64,000 nucleotides of DNA, taken from Amoebidium appalachense. Its lineage: Eukaryota; Protista; Ichthyosporea. The stretch lies in contig CAVNZM010000009.1 of NCBI GenBank assembly GCA_963693365.1, positions 5,090,245-5,154,244 on the forward strand, in the 5' to 3' direction. Positions within the stretch are counted from its first letter, which is position 1, and every line of letters starts with the position of its first letter. Positions 1 through 14,101 of the stretch are shown here, piece after piece. A program made the position numbers and the translations under genes. The notes beneath the pieces are model-generated. The model saw only the letters and a program-made list of their open reading frames with translations. It did no database searches and had not been told where the DNA came from.

Positions 1-242
1 CTGCATTAAGTTGATACGTGGTGGCGGCGGCGGGCCACTTTGTCGTCATAAGACCCCCCCCCCCCCAACCCCGTCATAAGCCCCCCCCCCCCCCCCCCCC
101 CCCCCACCACCACCACCACCACCACCACCACCACCACCACCACCCCCGGAAAAAAAAGAAAAAAAAAAAAAAAAAAAAAAAGCCGAGGCTAGCATGCAAG
201 TACAGTATCATTGCAATGCTCTCTATGACAGAAAATCCCCCC

Positions 243-273
<31 letters not shown>

Positions 274-385
274 GAAAAAAAGAAAAAAGAAAAAGAAAAA
301 AAACCCCCCCAAACCACCACGTCCAACCAACACCACCACCCATGGCATTCCAAGTCGTTTCACCATCTTCCTGTTTCTTTGGTGT

Positions 386-458
<73 letters not shown>

Positions 459-1036
459 TGTGTGTGTGTGTGCGCGTATGTGTGTGCGTGTGTGTGTCTG
501 TCTGTGTGTGTTTGTGTGTGTGCGTGCGTGTGTGTGGATATCTACACTTTAAGTTATGCATGTGTTCCACAACCTGGGTGTTGTGGGCGCTCTTCTTGTG
601 TTTATTGCTGTTTTTGTTTGGGTGGTGTGGTGTGTGTGTGTGTGTACGTATGGGCATGTGTTGCGTGTGTCCTTGTGTTGGTGTCTGCATATTTTGGGTT
701 TTAAGGGATTAGGGCCTTGGGGGATTTGGTTTTTTTTGTTGGTTTTTTTGGTGTTGGGGAAGGGGGGGGGGGGGGGGGGAGGGGACAGGGGGAAGGGGGG
801 AAGGGGAGGGGGGGAGGGGGGGGGGGGGGGAGGGGAGGGGACAGGGGGAAGTGGGGAAGGGGAGGGGGGGAGGGGGGGGGGGGGGGGGGGGGAGCATGTG
901 GAAGCTTCTCAGTTTGGGCCCAGAAAATATCGACGAATCGATCTCCATTGGGAATAATAACCTCCTCTGACGGGAGGGAGGGAGGGGGAGGAGGGGGAGG
1001 AGGGGGGGCAGGGCTCATTTTTTCTTTTTTTTTTTT

Positions 1037-1091
<55 letters not shown>

Positions 1092-1199
1092 GGGGCAGGG
1101 CTCATTTGGTGGTGGTGGTGGTGGGGGGGGGGGGGGGGGGGGCAGGGGAGACCAGGGGGCGAGGGGGGGGGGGGGGGGGGGGGAGGGGTGGGGGGGGGA

Positions 1200-1445
1200 T
1201 CCGGAGGGTAGAGCTTTCAGCGTTAAATGATTCTTGGGGCAACCATGCTCAGTCCACACTGCGGCCGTGGCCAGAGGAACACTGCAACATGGTCGCCACA
1301 ATGATGCGCAATCATATGCCGCCCAGTTGAAATGGGGATGGTCACTCCAGGGAACATAAACTTTAGGGTTTCCTATAAATGGGGCTGTGATTTCACTGGT
1401 GATTGTGGGACAAGGACACAAGTGTTGATGAGACACCGGGCCAAA
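1200..1445 (+). pseudogene. Copy 1 of a three-copy diverged gene-like segment, unknown product
   Basis: Shares GGATGGTCAC..CAGGGAA and GATTGTGGGACA blocks with 3070-3370 and 4770-5065; translates to ..GWS.. and ..DCGT.. with frameshift/stops. Confidence 0.4.
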
Positions 1446-1659
1446 GGTTGCGTTGTGTATGTGTGGGTATGCATGTTGTGTGTGTCCTTGTCGTGGTTAA
1501 ATGCATAGCATATTGGGGGTGGAAATTGCTTTTGTTTGTTTGTTTGTTTGTTTGTTTGTTTGTTTTTGTTTGTTTGTTTGTTTGTTTGTTTGTTTGTCTG
1601 TTTGTTTGTTTGTTTGTTTGTCTGTTTGTTTGTTTTTTTGGGAGGGAGAGGAAGTAGGG

Positions 1660-1700
<41 letters not shown>

Positions 1701-2122
1701 AGCTGATAGGGGTTGAAGGGGCTTTTTACGTAATCATCAACAACGGCACGGTATTTTGTGGTGACCATTCTCTGCAGCTGCCATCCTTATTTATCTGCGA
1801 GGCTATATGCTATAGATAGATATAGATATGTATACCATCTACTTGAGGGAGGGGGAGGGGGGGGGAGAGGGGTAGATTGCAACCATTCCATTGCGGTGAA
1901 ATGAGGGGGTCTGACTCGGGACAGGTTGGGGTAGGTATGTAGGGATAAGAGCGGAAAGAGGACAATAGATTCAATGTCGGGAGAAGTCGGGTCTGGGTTG
2001 GGCTCTGATTCGGGGAAGGAGGGACGGGGGGGGGGGGGGATAAATCTGTGACGGGATTAAATCTTTTGGAACTGGATTACATGGATGGGTAGGTGATATG
2101 GGAGGGTGGAGGTCTGTGTGTG

Positions 2123-2277
<155 letters not shown>

Positions 2278-2326
2278 TTGTGCATGGGATAGCCTGTAGG
2301 TTGGGAGAGGGGGGCGGGGGAGCGGG

Positions 2327-2370
<44 letters not shown>

Positions 2371-3069
2371 GGGGCAGGGGGGGGGGGGGGGGGGGGGGGG
2401 GGGGAAGGGGAAGGGGGGGATTCCGTGAGCATATGCGCCTAAGAGCAGCCGTCATTTGATTTTTGCAACCACCACCACAACCGCACGCACGCAGGCACGC
2501 ACGCACGCAGGCACGCACGCAAGCAGGCAGGCAGGCACGCACGCGCGCACACACGCACGCGCGCACATACACACTGTTTTACGCACACCGTGCGCACTCA
2601 CACACGCACACACGCTGTTGCACACATACACAAACGCACACACGCACACAGTGACTCTGCGGTTAACTAATCTTTGTTTGACAGACACAGTTTGTAATGT
2701 ATGTGATGCGGCCGGTGGCTACCGCCAGACGCACTAGTGCAGTGCTGAATAAAGCCCGAGGTTTGCTAAGCGAATATGTCAACCATGCCAAGCCATGGTG
2801 GCTGATCAAGGCTCCTAAAAATCTGAACTTCCCAATACGGAATCACCATGACGTGAAAACAGCAGCTCAAGCTTACTTTCGGTACTTTCGGGAAAAAAGA
2901 ACAGAAACAGGACACCATCTCGAACGAGGTTAGGTTGCCTTTTTCTAAACAGTCTAGGGAGGCGATCTATGTAGTGCAAAAATTTCCCGGTGCACAGAAA
3001 TTTCCTGACAAGGGAGGGGGGGGGGGGGGGGGGGAGGGAGAGAGAGAGGGGGGGGGGGGGGGGGGGGAA

Positions 3070-3370
3070 CATAGTACGTTCACTGCATCATTCAGTGGGC
3101 GACTAATTTCTGCCCGACACTTGCCACCAGACAAGTGCAACCGTCAAGCAAACGACGATGCCTGCTAGTATGCAGGAACAAATGACTGCCACTGGCATGC
3201 GAGGTTCGGTTTGATGGGCTGGTCACCCAGGGAAGATGAACTCGGTGTTTGGATCTTATGTTTGGAACTGTCTTCAACTTTTTGATTGTGGGACAAGACA
3301 CACCTATGTTTCCGACACAGCGTCCGAGCGAGTTGAACCGTGGCTGCTGGCCACTGTGGCATGGTCATAA
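3070..3370 (+). pseudogene. Copy 2 of the three-copy diverged gene-like segment
   Basis: Reads NDCHWHARFGLMGWSPRE, then after a frameshift FDCGTRHTY...LATVAWS*; homologous to copies 1 and 3. Confidence 0.4.
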
Positions 3371-3964
3371 TTTTCGTTTGAGTCATAATGGTTTATTCAA
3401 TGCTGCGCGTATAATGCACATGCATGATTAGTTAGCTGCAATTAAATTATGTTGCATCTGCCTGTGTATTCCATGCCAAAAATTCAAATGAGTATTGAAA
3501 TTCAAGCTGTCAGTGAGCCTGAGTCCGGCAAAACCCCGTATATATGTACTCGGTAAGCTACCACATACTATGGGATCAGGCGTTTGTTGTGTTCTCTTCG
3601 ACTAAAGTCTGCCTGGTGTGTTCGAAATTAAATCCGTTCTAGCCATTCTATAGCCATACATACGTTACTCTCTAAGGTTTAGATGTTAAAGGATGCATAT
3701 ATTTGCATAACTGCCCCCATGATAAGCATGATGCTTTAGGATGGTCTCTGGCAGTTAAGTCCCCCCTCCCCCCCCCCCCCCCCCCCCTCTCCCCCCCCCC
3801 CCCCCCCCCCCCCCCACACACACACACAAACAAATACACTTGCACACACACTAGACACACATATACACACGTGCACACAGTACGTGAACCCCACCGACCC
3901 ACCCCTATTGGGCAGACATGGGGAAGGGGGTGGGGGGTGGGGGTTGGTTGTGGTGTGTGTGTGT

Positions 3965-3995
<31 letters not shown>

Positions 3996-4087
3996 GGGGG
4001 GGGGGAGGATCAAATACTGCAGGGGGTTATCTAATATTCATGTCATTGAAATGACCCGGATCCGCAAAGACAGCTTCAAACGTGTGT

Positions 4088-4127
<40 letters not shown>

Positions 4128-4132
4128 CGTGC

Positions 4133-4200
<68 letters not shown>

Positions 4201-4769
4201 CGGGTGGGTGGGTGGTGGGGGGGGGGGGGGGGAGGAGGGGGAGGGGGCGGGGGAGGAGAGGGGAGGGGGAGAGGGGAAGGGGGTTAGGGAGGGGGGGGGG
4301 GGGGAGGGGGTTGTATGTACGCGCAGCATGTGTTGTGTGTAGTTGTGGTTGTTGTTTATGTTGTTGTTTCGTGTGCGCGCCGCGCGCACGTGCGTGTGTG
4401 GGTGTGTGTGTGTGTGTGTATGTGGTGGTGATGGCTGAGGTAGGCGAGAAGGGTGGGAGGGGAAAGGGGGGGGGGGGGGGGGGGGGTACGTACGCGTGTA
4501 CAGATTATTAACCCAGGTTATTGGTGCCTTTGAAGTTGTCGTGCCATTGTTTGTAGAATCTTGCCCATGGGGGTGTGCACGCGTACTGTGTGTGGTTGCG
4601 TGCGTGTATGTGTGTGTGGTTGTGTGTGGGTTCGGGTGTGGGGGAGGGGGAGGGGGTAACGGGGTTGTTGGAAACCCTCCCTCAGCTCGGAACCCCTTGA
4701 AACTTAAAAATGAGTTCCCAGGGGAGAAGGGGATCGGGGGAGGGGGGAGGGGGGGGGGGGGGGGGAGGA

Positions 4770-5065
4770 GCGTAGGTCTTTCAGCATTTTGGTTAATGGT
4801 TGGGAGACCATGAACTGATTGCAGGTTGCCACGAGATGAAATGGTTGACCAAAACAAGTTGTGCCAGTGTAAAGGGCGGCTGCAACTGGCATTGAGTGGT
4901 AGAAATGGGATGGTCACCCGGAGAAAGGAATTTTTCTCAGTGAATTTACTGGATGAATGTGTTTTTTCTTTTCGATTGTGGGACATTTACAGGGACGTAC
5001 ATGCCACGAAACGGGTTTGTCAAGCAATGTTGTAACTTACTAGAACTCGTAGCTTGGAGTTAGCC
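4770..5065 (+). pseudogene. Copy 3 of the three-copy diverged gene-like segment
   Basis: One frame reads GGCNWH*VVEMGWSPGE...FDCGTFTGTY...LELVAWS* with in-frame stops. Confidence 0.4.
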
Positions 5066-6066
5066 ATCTGGTCTGGCAGTATTACATAGGGCACTGCACG
5101 AATGTACTGAAAGGTGTTGACCACCAACATGTAAACCAGTTTTACTTAGTTGTTGTTGAGTGCAGAATGGACAGGCTGTACTAAGAATACCACGATTGCA
5201 AAAAATAGGCTACAGTATAAGTACTGCCATAAAAAGCATTATATACGATTAATGCCACGATTAAACAGGAATTTTTTTAATCATTATAACGTAATGAGCT
5301 GGCCGTGCTTGAGAGAGCAGTGACTGGCGTGATGCTGTGTTGCGGCATCGTGAATACCCAATGGCATGTGGGGACGGCCCGGGTAAAATATATTCTCGGC
5401 TACAGTGCTTGCAGGCAGGCCCTTAAATACAGCCCGTAGATTGTATGCCAGTGTTGTGTTTATTATTCAACTGAGCATTATAAATATTTCAAAGTGCTCC
5501 TTTTCTGTTTCCTTAAAGTTTCTTTTTTTCTCTTTCTTTCACAGCTTTCTTTTCTTTTCTTTTCTGTTCTGTTCTTTTCTTTTCTTTTTTTTTTCTTTTC
5601 TTTTTTTCTTTTTTTTTTTTTTTTGGAGGGGGGGGGAGGGGGGGGGGGGGGGGGGGGGGGGGGATCAGTTCATGCAGCCTGCGCATCATCTGGCAGCCTG
5701 GCAGAAATGCATGGGCATAGCACAGACCGGCTGACGGGAAGAGAGGGTAGGTGTCTTTCTGCATCATGATCATACACGTGTGTTTTTTTTTTTGTTTTTT
5801 TTTTTGTTTTTTTGTTTTTTTTTGGGGGGGGGGGGGAGGGGGGGGGGGGGGGGATTGCAATTATGTCCTGGGATAAATTGGGGGGGCCTCCGGGAGCTAG
5901 CACTGGTTAGAGCAAACAGCTGCATAGAAATTGAAAGCCTTCCCGGCGGGGCAAGTATGAGAGAATCAACCTGAGAAAGGCAGCATCATGTAAAGGGAAG
6001 TAATATGTATGTGAGAGGAAAGTGTACACGTATACAGTAGATGATGCATGTATATATATTACCGTC

Positions 6067-6143
<77 letters not shown>

Positions 6144-6270
6144 CGGGCGCACGGGCACATGTGGGTGTTGACGATGAATGTGTACTGGCGGTGTGTTCAG
6201 GTGTGTGTGTGTGTGTTTCGTGTGTTTCCCCCCCCCTCCCCCCCCCCCCCCCCCCCCCCCCCAAAAAAAA

Positions 6271-6296
<26 letters not shown>

Positions 6297-6304
<8 letters not shown>

Positions 6305-6418
6305 CCAACCAATTGGTTATATTCGTAGCTTATGTGGCAAGGCTTCATGGAGAAAATCTTCCATGAAGCCTTACCACATAAGCTGACAAAGACTCTTAAT
6401 CAAGTAGTTGGGTTCCCC

Positions 6419-6420
<2 letters not shown>
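6297..6420. mobile_element. MITE-like foldback element / long hairpin
   Basis: Inner arms 6327-6351 and 6360-6384 are reverse complements (24/25); outer arms GGGGGACCCAACCAATTGGTTA / TAATCAAGTAGTTGGGTTCCCC also pair; a related terminus recurs at 51562-51585. Confidence 0.55.
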
Positions 6421-6510
<90 letters not shown>

Positions 6511-6586
6511 GGGGAGGGGGTGGGGGGGGGGGGGGGAGGGTGAGGGGGGGGGGGGGGGGGGGGATCCCCTGGGACACTTGGTGTAC

Positions 6587-6694
<108 letters not shown>

Positions 6695-6912
6695 TGTGTA
6701 AGTGTTGTGTGTGTGTGTGTAAGATTATATCAGTTGTTTCTTATGAGAATCCTGCCAGCATAGTCATCACCCGTCCTCCGAGGCTCCGGATATTGTACCT
6801 GGTTATAGTAATTATTGTTATAACACTGCGCTGATACCGAGCGAACCTCACATACGTGTTTGAGACTGTTCTGTCTGTGCATCGAGCAACCAGCGTAAAA
6901 TCCCTATAGGGT

Positions 6913-7024
<112 letters not shown>

Positions 7025-7177
7025 GCACACACACACACACATGCGCCGTAGCATACACGCACACACGCGCACGTACACGCGCCCGCGCGCACACACACAC
7101 ACACACAGTAGCATGCAGTACACGCACACACTCACACGCACACACGCGCACACGCACACACACACACACACACACCT

Positions 7178-7267
<90 letters not shown>

Positions 7268-7360
7268 ACACACGCACATCACACTCCGACATACGCCCAC
7301 ACACACAGGCACACGCACACCGTAGCACACACTGTGACACACACACGCACACACACACCA

Positions 7361-7404
7361 CAGGTAAACAATACCGTGATATTTGCTGCGCCGATATCAA
7401 CGCC
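7361..7404 (+). repeat. Exon-like segment with an inverted paralog at 9917-9960
   Basis: 38/44 identity to the reverse complement of 9917-9960; both begin with CAG after a (CA)n-rich tract. Confidence 0.7.
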
Positions 7405-7901
7405 TATAACACATGTGCAGGGCATATTGATATTGTTGCGTCTGTAGCAACGTCGAGGGCTAACCGTAGTATTGACGGGTGCAATTGTTGCACCTATTAC
7501 CTTTGGAGGCCTAGACGTTGATCCCGACGGTGACAACTACACGCACTGTGAAACTGGTTGTGCTATCGGCTCCCGACGATAGCTGTGCTCCCCCCCTCCC
7601 CCCCCCCCCCCCCCCCCCAAAACCACCTTCCCACCCACCCCGCCTCCTTTCCCAGCAAGCAGGCACCTGTGATTATTGAATACACGTGATATCACACTTT
7701 ATTTACGTGCTACTGCACGTTCAATCATAACACGTTCACTCATTTGAGGTGGTAACCGTATCACCTGGTTGCACCCATACAGTATCACATTTTGTTGCAT
7801 GCTAGGGGTTGGGCGCTACTTTCCATTTTCTGGTAGGTGGGCTACGTGTCAATATAGGCATTTATCTATAACCCGAATTTCGTTGTATGCATACAAGGCT
7901 T

Positions 7902-8437
7902 GCTGGGCAGCTGTGACCTCCGTTTGTAATCTGGTCTGCACCAAACAAGAATACTACGTGTAGAAGCTACAAAGTCCAGAGCGATCAGAAAGAGACAAGC
8001 CTAGCTTCTCCAGGGGAGTCGGTTCTCAAAACTCCTAACTAGTTCGTGCACTTAGTCTTGTTAGCAATCGGCAACGAGTTGCCCCTCCTGCTCACCGTTA
8101 AACACTTTTGCAGTGCAAAAGATTCCTCGCCTCCTGCCGGATCGGTGGGGAAGACTTTTGACAGCTTTAGCTGGGCAGCTGTGACCACCGTTTGTAATCT
8201 GGTCTGCACCAAACAAGAATACTACGTGTAGAAGCTACAAAGTCCAGAGCGATCAGAAAGAGACAAGCCTAGCTTCTCCAGGGGAGTCGGTTCTCAAAAC
8301 TCCTAACTAGTTCGTGCACTTAGTCTTGTTAGCAATCGGCAACGAGTTGCCCCTCCTGCTCACCGTTAAACACTTCTGCAGTGCAAAAGATTCCTCGCCT
8401 CCTGCCGGATCGGTGGGGAAGACTTTTGACAGCTTTA
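7902..8437. repeat. Near-perfect tandem duplication, 2 x 268 bp
   Basis: 7902-8169 and 8170-8437 are almost identical; the ORF track shows the same peptide start at 8046 and 8314. Confidence 0.95.
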
Positions 8438-9694
8438 TCAAGCGCTTGGAAGTGCGACTTGAGCGCACGCGCCGCGCTGTGCTGCAGGTGTACGATGGGT
8501 GGGGAAAAAGTGAGCTTTGGCCCTTGAACAGCGAACACGTTAAAGGACAGGGATAGAAGGACGAGAGGTGGCTATAGTTAGTTGGCAAACTGTTCAGTAA
8601 CCACGTGTAGCCCTAGCACGTAGCTCTTTGAAAGGCTAATGCACACCAGTTAAGGAGCGTGGTGAGGTCAGCCCGAACTACTTACGTTTGCATCTTTTTC
8701 TTCCTGTGAAGGTGCACGTTTGCCTTTTGCAGGAGCACCAACCAATAACAAAAGGCTACGTAGAAGTCTACTGCGTAAAAGTAGCGTCGAACCAGCAAGT
8801 AATAATTACTATGAGTTAAACAAAAGCACATATTATTCACGTCAATGCAATAACAACAGTAGCTGGCTACAACATCCGCCAAAGCTATCGCCACGCAAAC
8901 AACGACAAACAAAATGAAAGGCCCTCTTACCTTGAGCTGCGCCGTGGCACTCCACCAGCTTCTCAAGTTCTGCTACCGGTCATTCTTAAGGCTAACCGTG
9001 GTTAAATGGCACAGCGCTACGTGTACTCAACAGCGCTACGTGTACTCAACAACTGCCGCGGAAGGGTACTTGTCGGTTGAACGACAAAAACTTGCACCAC
9101 ATCTTCAGTGTTAGACAAAAATGATTGTCAGTCTCCACCAACTGAGGCAAGATTTTTTGTCGACATGACTCTTGGGATAAACATGGAATGCATAGAGCTC
9201 TTGGCGATTGGCTAGAAAAAAAAGATCGGTGCAAAGCAATAAATGAGAAGTTTTAGTGTACGCATATGGACCACAATTTTGGTTTTATTTTATACATTTA
9301 TTACATATAAAACACAAAATATTATAATTAATGCTATATGTGCTACTTAACAAGTCTTAGTATATTCGTGTATGATGGAAACAGGGCCTGTAACAGTCCT
9401 ATGAATTGGAATTTACTTCGTTCCATTTTGTGTCCGATAATTGGCTAATGGGGGTTCCAGCGGTTTTTTCGACTTCGTAAATTTTGTAAGTTGGCGGCGG
9501 TTATGCCCACGTAGGTTTGCAGTGAATGGCCGTGGGGCAGGAGAGCGAATTAATTATTGGAGGGGGCCCGGCCCGCGGGGGGCCACGGACAGGGGAGGGG
9601 GGGGGGGGGGGGGGGGTCTCGGAATTGAGGGGGGGAGGGGTGTGTGGCCGGGCGGGCGGGGGGGGGGGGGGGGGGGGGGGGGGGAGGTCACGGT

Positions 9695-9697
<3 letters not shown>

Positions 9698-9758
<61 letters not shown>
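9698..9758. repeat. (TA)n microsatellite
   Basis: Uninterrupted TA run. Confidence 0.95.
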
Positions 9759-9760
<2 letters not shown>

Positions 9761-10139
9761 CGTAGTCTGTATCATGCCAGGGGTACAGCAGACGGAGGCA
9801 TGGACACGACAAGTACACTATCAGTGACATATACACTGCTACCGACACTGCCAGTAACAGTACTGATGCATGTGGCGGTAAAACGGGTGGGGTCAAACGC
9901 ACCCCATATTGATATCGGCGTTGATATCGGCGGTACCAATTTCACGGGATTGTTTACCTGTGCACACACACACACACACACCGTCACACGCATACACATA
10001 CATTGTCGCACACACGCACACACGCACACACGCACACACGCACACACGAACACACGCACACACGTGGCACACGTGCACGCACAAACGGACAACGGGGTCC
10101 GGGGCCCTGGACACAGCCCAGCACTGATGCGGCTCACGA

Positions 10140-10870
10140 GCCTTTCTAATGGGCGAATCAGCTGTGCTAAAGCATAGAGCGCCGCGTTCCGATTCCGTGG
10201 GCTAAAGCGGGCCAAAAGCGGCAAAAACTTCAAGAAAAAGAAAGAAAAAAAAAGACCAAGCAAGACAACCTTTGTGTGTCACCAAGCAAAACCTTTCGAG
10301 GGAAAGCTTCGAAACTTGGCTGAAACCGAAATTTGCAGTCGTCTAAAGTCATGACGAGTCATAAGAAGTGTGTCTACTGAAAAATCCCTGTTCAACGAAA
10401 CATTTGCAGCTGCTAAACACAGAAAAACCAGCGCCATATGCATGTCTCTAGCGCGGCATGATTTACAGGAGCTTGGCTTCAGCAGCATCGAGCTTGCTGA
10501 GTTCGCGAGCAAAGAAAAAAAAAAGGTCTAGCTGCAGTGTTTGTTCCTATTAGAGGGAGTACTGCGCAAAGAACAAGGTCTACCAGGAGGGCTTGGTTGT
10601 GCGCTGCAAGCCGAGTGATTGGGGCACAGGGAAGTTGTGCAATCTACACACCGAGAAGGTATGCTTGACCCATGTTTTCTAGTGCTTTTTTGTTGTGAGA
10701 TAGAGGTCTATGGACGAAGTAGAGGGAATGGGGATAGACAGGGCGGCATCGTGAAAGTTGTGAATTCTTCATCTGCTCATTGAGTGCGACAATAGCGTAC
10801 CATCTCAGCTTCAAACTCGCTACCCAGTTTTACTTGTCATGCAGAGCTTGTTTATAGCTTGTTGGTTTAT
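10140..10870 (+). pseudogene. Decayed duplicate of the 11840-12670 segment
   Basis: Colinear similarity, e.g. GAGGGCTTGGTTGTGCGCTGCAAGCCGA and CTACACACCGAGAAGGTATGCTTGA in both; this copy carries stops and indels. Confidence 0.65.
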
Positions 10871-11445
10871 GTTTCTACCAGGCTTTCTTCAGGCTTCATC
10901 TGCATAGACTAACTAATGCCTGTCTGCTTCGCCTGCTTGGTATAGTGTTTTTTTTTTTTTGATATCAGCCCAGCCGGTCGCATCTGCTTGAGCTCCTTGA
11001 TCGCTCAACGGTTTTTCGCTCAACGGTTTTCCAGCTTTGTTTATGCCTGCTTGATCCTTATTAGCTACCTCCCCCTTGCTGCTTGAACCAGCTTGCTCGC
11101 TTACTCTCTCTTTTTTCTGGGTTGAACCTGCTTCCAAAATAGTGACTTCTCTCTGACGTTTCGTTAGCCCGTTTTAGCCAGCCATGTTTCTGCGCGTATG
11201 TCGCTTACGCTTGTACATTTTTTGACATTTTTCTTGTGCTCCACAGGAAACGGACGGAAAGCCTCCGAATGTAGCAAAGAAACAAGCACACAACATAAAA
11301 GTCAAGGGGGAAAAAATCACCATTCAGAAATAAGAAGACACTTTGTACAAAAGACTTAGACTATATTGATGATGGTTCGGACCGAGAAAGAGAAACCGAG
11401 AAAGAGAAACAGTTACTCTCGATCTCTCACACACACTCACACACA

Positions 11446-11484
<39 letters not shown>

Positions 11485-11485
11485 G

Positions 11486-11533
<48 letters not shown>

Positions 11534-11919
11534 AACACACGCACACACGCACACACACACACAATTGAAACACATGTACACGCACACACACACACACACA
11601 CAAACAGTGCACACACACGCGTGCGTGCGTGCACACACACGCACACCGACACACACACACGCGCGCGCGTGACACACACACACACACACACAAACACACA
11701 CACCGTGACACACATGTACACACACACACACACACATACACACGTACAGACACATACACACACGCACGCACACACGCACACCGTAACATACACACACAGA
11801 CCGGTAGCGTGACACAACTTGCGGCTCCGAGAGACAGGCCTGTCTAATATTGGCGAATCAGCTGTGCCAAAGCCTAGAGCGCTGCGTTCTTACATGCTGT
11901 GGGCTAAAACACGGCCCTC

Positions 11920-12459
11920 ATGATCAGCTACGGCCCTCTGAACACGCTAAAACGGATGATAAGTGTCTACATAGACCAGCCTATACGCCTTGCTGGCCTT
12001 GCCAAGACCAAGCAAGGGCAAGCATATGCTCAGGACACAACCAAGCAAACCTTTCACAAGACAGTAAGACACAACCAAGCAAACCTTTCACTTGAGGGTG
12101 TTCACAGAAAACTCCGCCGCTCGGCTGAAACCGAACCTGGCAGTCGCCTTAAGGCAAGACGAGTCATAGCAAGCGTGTCTACTGAAAAAGTTCTGTTCTA
12201 CGAAACCTTAGCAGTTGCTAAACAAGAAGAAACCAGCGCCATGTCTCAAGGGTGGCACGAGTTACAGGAGCTCGCCTTCAGCAACAGCGAGCTTGTTGAG
12301 TTTGCGAGCAAGAAAAAAAACAAGAGCAGCTGCAGTGTTTGTTCCTATCTGAGGGAGTACTCAGTTGCAAAGAACAAGGACTACCCGGAGGGCTTGGTTG
12401 TGCGCTGCAAGCCGACTGATCGGGGCACGGAGAAGCTGTGCAAACTACACACCGAGAAG
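11920..12459 (+). CDS. Putative exon of an unknown protein with a Cys/His cluster (CSVC...C...LCKLH)
   Basis: Non-repetitive ~180-codon open frame ending at a donor-like AAG|GTATGC that is conserved in the decayed duplicate at ~10658. Confidence 0.4.
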
Positions 12460-13640
12460 GTATGCTTGATTATTCTTCCCCTTTTTTCTTATTTTGACGA
12501 AATATAGCGCCGAAGGAAAGGGGATGGAAAGTAAAACATGGCAACGTTGTAAAGGGAGTGGTGCATGTTCCCTTTTCTTCTTGCCAATGTTAGCACCATT
12601 ACTATCTCAGCTTCAAACCTATCACTCATATTTCATTGTCGGACACAGCTTTATGACTTGTTGTTGTAGTTACGGGCGAAGGATTGCTTAGCGCAACAGC
12701 ACAGCCTAATGCCCACGCTTTTCTGTTTCTCATATACCCTACATGGTGTTCTTTTCAATATCCGACCAGCCTCTTCTTATTGCTTGAAGCTGCTTGATCA
12801 CTCATGTCACTCCTGGTGCTTGATCCTTCCCACATCCTTCCCCCAGCCCCCCCTCCCCCCCCCCCCTCCCCCTCCCTCCCCTTGATCCTTCCCATATTCT
12901 TCCCCCCCGCCCCCCCCCCCCCCCCTCCCCCCCCCCCCCCCTCCTCCCCCTGATGACGTGAAATAGGCTTGATCACTTACTATCCCTCCGGTTTCTGGTT
13001 TTGAGCCTGCTTGACCACTTATTCTAATATAACTTCTCTTCGTGATTTCCTTGAGCATCTTGTAGGCCATCCTTTCTCATCATACCCCCTGAATTTGCTT
13101 GACCACCTACCCTAAAGGATTCTCTCTTCTTCGACTCCTTGAGCTGGTTCCAGAAACCCCTTTTTTATTGTTCAACCTGCGGTATTAGCACATGGCCGTT
13201 ATCTCTACTGGAGCATTATTTCTTGTCATCTCCACCCCTCTTTTCTGAAGCCTACTTGATCACATCTTGTGTATAGCTGAACGTGCTTCTTTTTGTTCCC
13301 TACCTCTCTATTTGAACCTGCCGTCATCACTTGCCCTCGCTCAGCTGTATTTCCTGACTTGGCTTGGCAAGTCGCGCTGTTAACCGGTTTCAAGGAATGG
13401 TAGTCGTGATTCTCAACCTGTGAACAGAGAGATTTACACATCCACCGACAGGCCATGCAAGAGTTGGCTTCTGGTCTGAAAGATCCGCTTCGACATGAGA
13501 ATGCAGGAGAGTGGGATCGTCTTTTGTACGCCACAAGGATAGATGGTCTTGGCCCCATGCTGTTGAAGGTGAGCTATGCCTGAGCCAGATTCCGGGACCG
13601 GTGAAAAACGAGAGACACAGACATGTACGAACGCGCGCGC

Positions 13641-13726
<86 letters not shown>

Positions 13727-13803
13727 ATAAATAAACGCACACCCACCCACATGCACGTGCACCCCCCCCCCCCTTCCAAACACACACACACATACACACA
13801 CAC

Positions 13804-13838
<35 letters not shown>

Positions 13839-14044
13839 GGGGGAACACGTGTGTACAATTCTACGTGAAAGTTCTAGATCTTAACCCACACACAGTCTCC
13901 CGGACACTAAACACACTCTCAAGCACACAAGGCACTACCCTCAGATAGTGCTGGCATACACACACACGCCTGCCGATATGCCCCTTCTAAACACATACAT
14001 ACAGCAATGCCGTGCGGTTGCACACATAACACACAGACATGCGC

Positions 14045-14101
<57 letters not shown>

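Noticed and set aside
12950-12963. CTGATGA-CGT-GAAA hammerhead core
   Set aside because: Only 3 nt between the core motifs, leaving no room for stem II
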